Positions 1-11,149 of a stretch of DNA of 64,000 nt are shown here, in pieces (the first letter of the stretch is position 1; every line of letters begins with the position of its first letter). This DNA is from Eledone cirrhosa. Lineage: Eukaryota. A program made the translations under genes and the position numbers. A model generated the notes under the pieces. That model did no database searches. It was not told the DNA's origin and saw only the letters and a list, made by a program, of their open reading frames with translations. Location: contig OZ024743.1 of NCBI GenBank assembly GCA_964016885.1, positions 132,308,001 through 132,372,000 of the forward strand, given 5' to 3'.

Positions 1-3000
1 TGCTTGGTGCTTGGTGCTTGGTGTTTGGTGCTTGGTGCTTGGTGATTAGTGTTTGTTGCTTGGTGCTTGGGGTTTGGTGGTTGGTGCTTGGTGCTTGGTG
101 TTTGGTGTTTGGTGTTTGGTGTTTGGTGTTTGCTGTTTGGTGTCTGCTTTTTGGTGTTTGGTGTTTGCTGTATGGTCTTTGCTGTTTGGTGTTTGGTGTT
201 TGCTGTTTGGTGTTTGGTGCTTGGTGTTTGGTGTTTGGTGCTTGGTGCTTGGTGTTTGGCGTTTGGTGCTTGGTACTGGGTGTTTGGTGCTTGGTGCTTG
301 GTGTTTGGTGCTTGGTGCTTGGTGCTTGGTGTTTGGTCCTTGGTGCTTGGTGCTTGGTCTTTGATGCTTGGGGTCTGGTGTTTGGTGCTTGGTGCTTGGT
401 GTTTGATGCTTGGTGCTTGGTGCTTGGTGTTTGCTGTTTAGTGTTTGGTGTTTGGTGCTTGCTGTTTGGTGCTTGGTGCTTGGTGTTTGGTGGTTGGTGT
501 TTGGTGCTTGGTGATTAGTGTTTGGTGATTGGTGCTTGGGGTTTGGTGTTTGGTGCTTGGTGATTGGTGTTTGGTGCTTGGTGCTTGGTGCTTGGTGTTT
601 GGTGCTTGTTGCTTGGCGTTTGGTGCTTGGTGCTTGGTGTTTGGTGCTTGGTGTTTGGTACTTGGTGCTTGGTGCTTGGTGCTTGGTGTTAGGTGTTTGG
701 TGCTTGGTGCTTGGTGTTTGATGTTTGGTCCTTGGTGCTTGGTGTTTGGTGTTTGGTGCTTGGTGCTTGGTGTTTGGTGTTTGGTGCTTGCTGCTTGGTG
801 CCTGGTGTTTTGTGTTTGGAGTTTGGTGCTTGGTGTTTGGTGCTTCGGTCTTGGTGCTTGGTGTTTGGTGCTTGGTGCTTGGTGTTTGGTGCTTGGTGCC
901 TGGTGCTTGGTGTTTGGTGCTTGGTGTTTGGTGTTTGGTGATTGGTGCTTGGTATTTGGTGCATGGTGCTTGGTGCTTGGTGCTTGGTGTTAAGTGTTTG
1001 GTGCTTGGTGCTTGGTGTTTGATGTTTGCTGCTTGGTGCTTGGTGTTTGGTGTTTGGTGCTTGCTGCTTGGTGTTTGGTGTTTGGTGCTTGCTGCTTGCT
1101 GCTTGCTGCTTGGTGTTTGGTGCTTGGTGATTGGTGCTTGGTGTTTTGTGCTTGGTGCTTGGTGTTTGGTGTTTGGTGCTAGGGGCTTGGTTCTTGGTGC
1201 TTGGTGTTTGGTGCTTGGTGCTTGCTGTTTGGTGTTTGGTGCTTGGTGCGTGGGACTTCGTGTTTGGTGTTTGGTGCTTGGTGTTTGGTGCTTGGTGTTT
1301 GGGGCTTTGTGTTCGGTGCTTGGTGCTTCGTGCTTCGTGCTTGGTGTTTGGTGTTTGGTTCTTGGTGTTTGGTGTTTGATGTTGGGTCCTTGGTGCTTGG
1401 TGTTTGCTGTTTGGTGCTTGGTGTTTGGTGTTTGGTGCTTGCTGCTTGCTGCTTGTTGTTTCGTTCTTTGTGATTGGTGCTTGCTGCTTGGTGTTTGGTG
1501 CTTGGTGCTTGGTGTTTGGTGTTTGGTGCTTGGTGCTTGGGGCTTGGTGTTTGGTGCTTGGTGCTTGGTGCTTGGTGTTTGGTGTTTGGTGTTTGGTGCT
1601 TGGTGTTTGGAGCTTGGTGCTTGGTGCTGGGTGGTTGGTGTTTGGTGCTTGGTGCTTGGTGTTTGGTGCTTGGTGCTTAGTGCTTGTTGTTTGGTGCTTG
1701 GTGCTTGGTGCTTGGTCTTTGGTTCTTGGTGTTTGGTGTTTAGGTGCTTGGTGCTTGGTGTTTGGTGCTTGGTGCTTGGTGCTGGGTGGTTGGTGTTTGG
1801 TGCTTGGTGCTTGTTGTTTGGTGCTTGGTGCTTGGTGCTTGTTGTTTGGTGCTTGGTGCTTGGTGCTTGTTGTTTGGTGCTTGGTGCTTGGTGCTTGGTA
1901 TTTGGTTCTTGGTGTTTGGTGTTTGGTGCTTGGTGCTTGGTGTTTGGTGCTTGGTGCTTGGTGCTTGGTGTTTGGTGCTTGGTGCTTGGTGATTAGTGTT
2001 TGTTGCTTGGTGCTTGGGGTTTGGTGGTTGGTGCTTGGTGCCTGGTGTTTGGTGTTTGGTGTTTGGTGTTTGGTGTTTGCTGTTTGGTGTCTGCTTTTTG
2101 GTGTTTGGTGTTTGCTGTATGGTCTTTGCTGTTTCGTATTTGGTTTTTGCTGTTTGGTGTTTGGTGTTTGGTGTTTGCTGTTTGGTGTTTGGTGTTTGGT
2201 GTTTGGTGCTTGGTGCTTGGTGCCTGGTGTTTGGCGTTTGGTGCTTGGTGCTTGGTGTTTGGTGTTTGGTGCTAGGTGCTTGGTGCTTGGTGCTTGGTGT
2301 TTGGTGCTTGGTGCTTAGTGTTTGGTGTTTGGTGCTTGGTGCTTGGGGCATGGTGTTTGGTGCTTGGTGTTTGGTGCATGGTGCTTGGTGTTTGGTGTTT
2401 GGTGTTTGGTGCTTGGTGTCTGGTGTTTGGTGTTTTGTGTTTGGTGCTTGGTGCTAGGTGTTTGGGTTTTGGTGCTTGGTTCTTGGTGTTTGGTGTTTGG
2501 TGTTTGGTGTTTGGTGCTTGATGTTTGGTGCTGGGTGCTTGGTGCTTGGTGTTTGGTGCTGGGTGCTTCGTGTTTGGTGCTTGGTGCTTGGTGCTTGGTG
2601 CTTGGTGTTTGGTGTTTGGTGCTTGGTGCTTGGTGTTTGGTGTTTGATGCTTGGTGTTTGATGCTTGTTGCTTGGTGCTTGTTGTTTTGTGTTTGGTGTT
2701 TGGTGCTTGGTGTATGTACTTGGTGCTTGGTGCTTGGTGTTTGGTGTTGGTTCTTGGTGTTTGGTGATTGGTGCTTGGTGCTTGGTGTTTGGTGCTTGGT
2801 GCTTGGTGTTTGGTACTTGGTGCTTGGTGTTTGGTGTTTGGTGCTTGGTGTTTGGTGCTTGGTGCTTGGTGCTTGGTGTTAAGTGTTTGGTGCTTGGTGT
2901 TTGGTGTTTCGTGCTTGGTGCTTCGTGCTTCGTGCTTGGTGTTTGGTGTCTGGTTCTTGGTGCTTGGTGTTTGATGTTGGGTCCTTGGTGCTTGGTGTTT

Positions 3001-3929
3001 GCTGTTTGGTGCTTGGTGTTTGGTGCTTGCTGCTTGCTGCTTATTGTTTCGTTCTTTGTGATTGGTGCTTGCTGCTTGGTGTTTGGTGCTTGGTGCTTGG
3101 TGTTTGGTGTTTGGTGCTTGGTGCTTGGGGCTTGGTGTTTGGTGCTTGGTGCTTTGGTGCTTGGTGTTTGGTGTTTGGTGTTTGGTGCTTGGTGTTTGGA
3201 GCTTGGTGCTTGGTGCTGGGTGGTTGGTGTTTGGTGCTTGGTGCTTGGTGTTTGGTGCTTGGTGCTTAGTGCTTGTTGTTTGGTGCTTGGTGCTTGGTGC
3301 TTGGTCTTTGGTTCTTGGTGTTTGGTGTTTGGTGCTTGGTGCTTGGTGTTTGGTGCTTGGTGCTTGGTGCTGGGTGGTTGGTGTTTGGTGCTTGGTGCTT
3401 GTTGTTTGGTGCTTGGTGCTTGGTGCTTGTTGTTTGGTGCTTGGTGCTTGGTGCTTGTTGTTTGGTGCTTGGTGCTTGGTGCTTGGTCTTTGGTTCTTGG
3501 TGTTTGGTGTTTGGTGCTTGGTGCTTGGTGTTTGGTGCTTGGTGCTTGGTGCTTGGTGTTTGGTGCTTGGTGCTTGGTGATTAGTGTTTGTTGCTTGGTG
3601 CTTGGGGTTTGGTGGTTGGTGCTTGGTGCTTGGTGTTTGGTGTTTGGTGTTTGGTGTTTGGTGTTTGCTGTTTGGTGTCTGCTTTTTGGTGTTTGGTGTT
3701 TGCTGTATGGTCTTTGCTGTTTCGTATTTGGTTTTTGCTGTTTGATGTTTGGTGTTTGCTGTTTGGTGTTTGGTGTTTGGTGTTTGGTGCTTGGTGCTTG
3801 GTGCCTGGTGTTTGGCGTTTGGTGCTTGGTGCTTGGTGTTTGGTTTTTGGTGCTAGGTGCTTGGTGCTTGGTGCTTGGTGTTTGGTGCTTGTTGCTTAGT
3901 GTTTGGTGTTTGGTGCTTGGTGCTTGGTG

Positions 3930-6260
3930 TTTGATGTTTGGTCCTTGGTGCTTGGTGTTTGGTGCTTGGTGCTTGGCGTTTGGTGTTTGGTGCTTGCTGC
4001 TTGCTGTTTGGTGCTTGCTGCTTGCTGCTTGGTGTTTGGTACTTGGTGATTGGTGCTTGGTGTTTGGTGCTTGGTGCTTAGTGTTTGGTGTTTGGTGCTA
4101 GGTGCTTGGTGCTTGGTGCTTGGTGTTTGGTGCTTGGGGTTTGGTGTTTGGTGCTTGGTGCTTGGTGTTTGGTGCTTGGTGCTTGGTGCTTGGTGTTTGA
4201 TGCTTGTTGCTTGGTGTTTGGGGCTTGGTGCTTGGTGTTTGGTGCTTGGTGTTTGGTACTTCGTGCTTGGTGCTTGGTCCTTGGTTTTAGGTGTTTGGTA
4301 CTTCGTGCTTGGTGCTTGGTCCTTGGTCCTTGGTGCTTGGTGTTTGGTGTTTAGTGCTTGGTGCTTGGTGTTTGGTGTTTGGTGCTTGCTGCTTGGTGCT
4401 GGGTGTTTTGTGTTTGGAGTTTGGTGCTTGGTGTTTGGTGCTTCTGTCTTGGTGCTTGGTGTTTGGTGCTTGGTGCTTGGTGTTTGGTGCTTGGTGCCTG
4501 GTGCTTGGTGTTTGGTGCTTGGTGCTTGGTGTTTGATGATTGGTGCTTGGTGTTTGGTGCTTGGTGCTTGGTGTTTGGTGCTTGGTGTTAAGTGTTTGGT
4601 GCTTGGTGCTTGGTGTTTGATGTTTGAGGTTTGGTGCTTGGTGCTTGGTGTTTGGTGTTTGGTGCTTGCTGCTTGCTGCTTGGTGTTTGCTGCTTGGTGA
4701 TTGGTGCTTGGTGTTTTGTGCTTGGTGCTTGGTGTTTGGTGTTTGGTGCTAGGGGCTTGGTGCTTGGTGCTTGGTGTTTGGTGCTTGGTGCTTGCTGTTT
4801 GGTGTTTGGTGCTTGGTGTTTGGTGCTTGGTGTTTGGGGCTTGGTGTTCGGTGCTTGGTGCTTGGTGCTTCGTGCTTGGTGTTTGGTGTTTGGTGCTTGG
4901 TGCTTGGTGTTTGATGTTGGGTCCTTGGTGCTTGGTGTTTGGTGTTTGGTCCTTGGTGCTTGGTGTTTGGTGTTTGGTGCTTGGTGCTTGGTGTTTGGTG
5001 TTTGGTGTTTGGTGCTTGGGGTTTGGTGTTTGGTGCTTGGTGCTTGGTGCTTGGTGCTTGGTGCTTAGTGTTTGGTGCTTGGTGTTCGGTGCTTGGTCCT
5101 TGGTGCTTGGTGCTTGGTGGTAGGTGTTTGGTGCTTGGTGCTTGGTGTTTGATGTTTGGTCCTTGGTGCTTGGTGTTTGGTGCTTGGTGCTTGGTGTTTG
5201 GTGTTTGGTGCTTGCTGCTTGCTGCTTGGTGTTTGGTGCTTGGTGATTGGTGCTTGGTGTTTGGTGCTTGGTGCTTGGTGTTTGGTGTTTGGTGCTAGGT
5301 GCTTGGTGCTTGGTGCTTGGTGTTTGGTGCTTGGGGTTTGGTGTTTGGTGCTTGGTGCTTGGTGTTTGGTGCTTGGTGCTTGGTGCTTGGTGTTTGGTGC
5401 TTGTTGCTTGGTGTTTGGGGCTTGGTGCTTGGTGTTTGGTGCTTGGTGTTTGGTACTTCGTGCTTGGTGCTTGGTCCTTGGTTTTAGGTGTTTGGTGCTT
5501 GGTGCTTGGTGTTTGATGTTTGGTCCTTGGTGCTTGGTGTTTGGTGTTTAGTGCTTGGTGCTTGGTGTTTGGTGTTTGGTGCTTGCTGCTTGGTGCTGGG
5601 TGTTTTGTGTTTGGAGTTTGGTGCTTGGTGTTTGGTGCTTCTGTCTTGGTGCTTGGTGTTTGGTGCTTGGTGCTTGGTGTTTGGTGCTTGGTGCCTGGTG
5701 CTTGGTGTTTGGTGCTTGGTGCTTGGTGTTTGATGATTGGTGCTTGGTGTTTGGTGCTTGGTGCTTGGTGCTTGGTGCTTGGTGTTAAGTGTTTGGTGCT
5801 TGGTGCTTGGTGTTTGATGTTTGAGGTTTGGTGCTTGGTGCTTGGTGTTTGGTGTTTGGTGCTTGCTGCTTGCTGCTTGGTGTTTGCTGCTTGGTGATTG
5901 GTGCTTGGTGTTTTGTGCTTGGTGCTTGGTGTTTGGTGTTTGGTGCTAGGGGCTTGGTGCTTGGTGCTTGGTGTTTGGTGCTTGGTGCTTGCTGTTTGGT
6001 GTTTGGTGCTTGGTGTTTGGTGCTTGGTGTTTGGGGCTTGGTGTTCGGTGCTTGGTGCTTGGTGCTTCGTGCTTGGTGTTTGGTGTTTGGTGCTTGGTGC
6101 TTGGTGTTTGATGTTGGGTCCTTGGTGCTTGGTGTTTGGTGTTTGGTCCTTGGTGCTTGGTGTTTGGTGTTTGGTGCTTGGTGCTTGGTGCTTGGTGTTT
6201 GGTGTTTGGTGCTTGGGGTTTGGTGTTTGGTGCTTGGTGCTTGGTGCTTGGTGCTTGGTG
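3930..6260 (+). repeat. 1,197-bp (171-monomer) tandem duplication
   Basis: Near-identical ORF pairs 4358/5555, 4631/5828, 4701/5898 and 4939/6136 are all offset 1197 = 171x7. The rare marker GATGTTTGAGGTTT is at ~4619 and ~5817. The same offset recurs at 11779/12976 and 14229/15426. Confidence 0.85.
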
Positions 6261-9200
6261 CTTGGTGTTTGGTGCTTGGTGCTTGTTGCTTGGTGTTTGG
6301 TGCTTGGTGCTTGGTGTTTGGTGCTTGGTGTTTGGTACTTGGTGCTTGGTGCTTGGTCCTTGGTGTTAGGTGTTTGGTGCTTGGTGCTTGGTGTTTGATG
6401 TTTGGTCCTTGGTGCTTGGTGTTTGGTGTTTGGTGCTTGGTGCTTGGTGTTTCGTGGTTGGTCCTTGCTGCCTGGTGCTTGGTGTTTTGTGTTTGGAGTT
6501 TGGTGTTTGGTGCTTCGGTCTTGGTGCTTGGTGTTTGGTGCTTGGTGCTTGGTGTTTGGTGCTTGATGCCTGGTGCTTGGTTTTTGGTGCTTGGGGCTTG
6601 GTGTTTGGTGATTGGTGCTTGGTGTTTGGTGCTTGGTGCTTGGTGCTTGGTGTTAAGTGTTTAGTGCTTGGTGCTTGGTGTTTGATGTTTGGTGCTTGGT
6701 GCTTGGTGTTTGGTGTTTGGTGCTTGCTGCTTGGTGTTTGGTGTTTGGTGCTTGCTGCTTGCTGCTTGGTGTTTGGTGCTTGGTGATTGGTGCTTGGTGT
6801 TTTGTGCTTGGTGCTTGGTGTTTGGTGTTTGGTGCTAGGGGCTTGGTGCTTGGTACCTGGTGTTTGGTGCTTGGTGCTTGCTGTTTGGTGTTTGGTGCTT
6901 GGTGCGTGGGACTTCGTGTTTTGTATTTGGTGCTTGGTGTTTGGTGCTTGGTGTTTGGGGCTTGGTGTTCGGTGCTTGGTGCTTGGTGCTTTGTGCTCGG
7001 TGTTTGGTGTTTGGTGCTTGGTGCTTGGTGTTTGATGTTGGGTCCTTGGTGCTTGGTGTTTGGTGTTTGGTGCTTGGTGTTTGGTGTTTGGTGCTTGCTG
7101 CTTGCTGCTTGTTGTTTCGTTCTTTGTGATTGGTGCTTGGTGCTTGGTGTTTGGTGCTTGGTGCTTGGTGTTTGGTGTTTGGTGCTTGGTGCTTGGGGCT
7201 TGGTGTTTGGTGCTTGGTGCTTGGTGCTTGGTGTTTGGTGTTTGGTGTTTGGTGCTTGGTTTTTGTTGCTTGGTGCTTGGTGCTGGGTGGTTGGTGTTTG
7301 GTGCTTGGTGCTTGGTGTTTGGTGCTTGGTGCTTGATGCTTGGTGTTTGGTGCTTGGTGCTTGGTGCTTGTTGTTTGGTGCTTGGTGCTTGGTGCTTGGT
7401 CTTTGGTTCCTGGTGTTTGGTGTTTGGTGCTTGGTGCTTGGTGTTTGGTGCTTGGTGCTTGGTGCTTGGTGTTTGGTGCCTGGTGCTTGGTGATTAGTGT
7501 TTGTTGCTTGGTGCTAGGGGTTTGGTGGTTGGTGCTTGGTGCTTGGTGTTTGGTGTTTGGTGTTTGGTGTTTGGTGTTTGCTGTTTGGTGTCTGCTTTTT
7601 GGTGTTTGGTGTTTGCTGTATGGTCTTTGCTGTTTCGTATTTGGTTTTTGCTGTTTGGTGTTTGGTGTTTGCTGTTTGGTGTTTGGTGTTTGGTGTTTGG
7701 TGCTTGGTGCTTGGTGCTTGGTGTTTGGCGTTTGGTGCTTGCTGCTTGGTGTTTGGTGTTTGGTGCTAGGTGCTTGGTGCTTGGTGCTTGGTGTTTGGTG
7801 CTTGGTGCTTGGTGTTTGGTGTTTGGTGCTTGGTGCTTGGGGCATGGTGTTTGGTGCTTGGTGCTTCGTGCTTGGTGCTTGGTGTTTGGTGCTTGGTGCT
7901 TGGTGTTTGGTGTTTGGTGTTTGGTGCTTGGTGCTTGGTGCTTGGTGTTAAGTGTTTGGTGCTTGGTGCTTGGTGCTTGGTGTTTGGTGCTTCGTGCTTG
8001 GTGCTTGGTGTTTGGTGCATGGTGCTTGGTGTTTGGTGCTTGGTGCCTGGTGCTTGGTGTTTGGTGCTTGGTGTTTGGTGCTTGGTGTTTGGTGTTTGGT
8101 GTTTGCTGTTTGGTGTTTGCTGTTTGGTGTTTGGTGTTTGGTGCTTGCTGTTTGGTGCTTGGTGCTTGGTGTTTGGTGTTTGGTGTTTGGTGCTTGGTGC
8201 TTGGTATTTGGTGCTTGGTGCTTGGTACTGGGTGTTTGGTGCTTGGTGCTTGGTGTTTGGTGCTTGGTGCTTGTTGCTTGGTGTTTGGTCCTTGGTGCTT
8301 GGTGCTTGGTCTTTGATGCTTGGGGTTTGGTGTTTGGTGCTTGGTGCTTGGTGTTTGCTGTTTGGTGTTTGGTGTTTGGTGCTTGCTGTTTGGTGCTTGG
8401 TGCTTGGTGTTTGGTGCTTGGTGTTTGGTCCTTGGTGATTAGTGTTTGGTGATTGGTGCTTGGGGTTTGGTGTTTGGTGCTTGGTGCTTGGTGTTTGGTG
8501 CTTGGTGCTTGGTGCTTGGTGTTTGGTGCTTGTTGCTTGGTGTTAGCTGTTTGGTGCTTGGTGCTTGGTGTTTGATGTTTGGTCCTTGGGGCTTGGTGCT
8601 TGGTGTTTGGTGTTTGGTGCTTGCTGCTTGGTGCTTGGTGTTTTGTGTTTGGAGTTTGGTGCTTGGTGTTTGGTGCTTCGGTCTTGGTGCTTGGTGTTTG
8701 GTGCTTGGTGCTTGGTGTTTGGTGCTTGGTGCCTGGTGCTTGGTGTTTGGTGCTTGGTGTTTGGTGTTTGGTGATTGGTGCTTGGTGTTTGGTGCTTGGT
8801 GCTTGGTGCTTGGTGTTAAGTGTTTAGTGCTTGGTGCTTGGTGTTTGATGTTTGGTGCTTGGTGCTTGGTGTTTGGTGTTTGGTGCTTGCTGCTTGGTGT
8901 TTGGTGTTTGGTGCTTGCTGCTTGCTGCTTGGTGTTTGGGGCTTGGTGATTGGTGCTTGGTGTTTTGTGCTTGGTGCTTGGTGTTTGGTGTTTGGTGCTA
9001 GGGGCTTGGTGCTTGGTGCTTCGTGTTTGGTGCTTGGTGCTTGCTGTTTGGTGTTTTGTGCTTGGTGCGTGGGACTTTGTGTTTGGTGTTTGGTGCTTGG
9101 TGTTTGGTGCTTGGTGTTTGGGGCTTGGTGTTCGGTGATTGGTGCTTGGTGCTTCGTGCTCGGTGTTTGGTGTTTGGTGCTTGGTGCTTGGTGTTTGATG

Positions 9201-11149
9201 TTGGGTCCTTGGTGCTTGGTGTTTGGTATTTGGTGCTTGCTGCTTGCTGCTTGTTGTTTCGTTCTTTGTGATTGGTGCTTGGTGCTTGGTGTTTGGTGCT
9301 TGGTGCTTGGTGTTTGGTGTTTGGTGTTTGGTGCTTGGTGTTTGGTGCTTGGTGCTTGGTGCTGGGTGGTTGGTGTTTGGTGCTTGGTGCTTGGTGTTTG
9401 GTGCTTGGTGCTTAGTGCTTGTTGTTTGGTGCTTGGTGCTTGGTGCTTGGTCTTTGGTTCTTGGTGTTTGGTGTTTGGTGCTTGGTGCTTGGTGTTTGGT
9501 GCTTGGTGCTTGGTGCTGGGTGGTTGGTGTTTGGTGCTTGGTGCTTGGTGTTTGGTGCTTGGTGCTTGGTGCTTGGTGTTTGGTGCTTGGGGCTTGGTGC
9601 TTGTTGTTTGGTGCTTGGTGCTTGGTGCTTGGTCTTTGGTTCTTGGTGTTTGGTGTTTGGTGCTTGGTGCTTGGTGTTTGGTGCTTGGTGCTTGGTGCTT
9701 GGTGTTTGGTGCTTGGTGCTTGGTGATTAGTGTTTGTTGCTTGGTGCTTGGGGTTTGGTGGTTGGTGCTTGGTGCTTGGTGTTTGGTGTTTGGTGTTTGG
9801 TGTTTGGTGTTTGCTGTTTGGTGTCTGCTTTTTGGTGTTTGGTGTTTGCTGTATGGTCTTTGCTGTTTGGTGTTTGGTGTTTGCTGTTTGGTGTTTGGTG
9901 CTTGGTGTTTGGTGTTTGGTGCTTGGTGCTTGGTGTTTGGCGTTTGGTGCTTGGTACTGGGTGTTTGGTGCTTGGTGCTTGGTGTTTGGTGCTTGGTGCT
10001 TGGTGCTTGGTGTTTGGTCCTTGGTGCTTGGTGCTTGGTCTTTGATGCTTGGGGTCTGGTGTTTGGTGCTTGGTGCTTGGTGTTTGATGCTTGGTGCTTG
10101 GTGCTTGGTGTTTGCTGTTTGGTGTTTGGTGTTTGGTGCTTGCTGTTTGGTGCTTGGTGCTTGGTGTTTGGTGGTTGGTGTTTGGTGCTTGGTGATTAGT
10201 GTTTGGTGATTGGTGCTTGGGGTTTGGTGTTTGGTGCTTGGTGATTGGTGTTTGGTGCTTGGTGCTTGGTGCTTGGTGTTTGGTGCTTGTTGCTTGGCGT
10301 TTGGTGCTTGGTGCTTGGTGTTTGGTGCTTGGTGTTTGGTACTTGGTGCTTGGTGCTTGGTGCTTGGTGTTAGGTGTTTGGTGCTTGGTGCTTGGTGTTT
10401 GATGTTTGGTCCTTGGTGCTTGGTGTTTGGTGTTTGGTGCTTGGTGCTTGGTGTTTGGTGTTTGGTGCTTGCTGCTTGGTGCCTGGTGTTTTGTGTTTGG
10501 AGTTTGGTGCTTGGTGTTTGGTGCTTCGGTCTTGGTGCTTGGTGTTTGGTGCTTGGTGTTTGGTGCATGGTGCTTGGTGCTTGGTGCTTGGTGTTAAGTG
10601 TTTGGTGCTTGGTGCTTGGTGTTTGATGTTTGCTGCTTGGTGCTTGGTGTTTGGTGTTTCGTGCTTGGTGCTTCGTGCTTCGTGCTTGGTGTTTGGTGTC
10701 TGGTTCTTGGTGCTTGGTGTTTGATGTTGGGTCCTTGGTGCTTGGTGTTTGCTGTTTGGTGCTTGGTGTTTGGTGCTTGCTGCTTGCTGCTTATTGTTTC
10801 GTTCTTTGTGATTGGTGCTTGCTGCTTGGTGTTTGGTGCTTGGTGCTTGGTGTTTGGTGTTTGGTGCTTGGTGCTTGGGGCTTGGTGTTTGGTGCTTGGT
10901 GCTTTGGTGCTTGGTGTTTGGTGTTTGGTGTTTGGTGCTTGGTGTTTGGAGCTTGGTGCTTGGTGCTGGGTGGTTGGTGTTTGGTGCTTGGTGCTTGGTG
11001 TTTGGTGCTTGGTGCTTAGTGCTTGTTGTTTGGTGCTTGGTGCTTGGTGCTTGGTCTTTGGTTCTTGGTGTTTGGTGTTTGGTGCTTGGTGCTTGGTGTT
11101 TGGTGCTTGGTGCTTGGTGCTGGGTGGTTGGTGTTTGGTGCTTGGTGCT

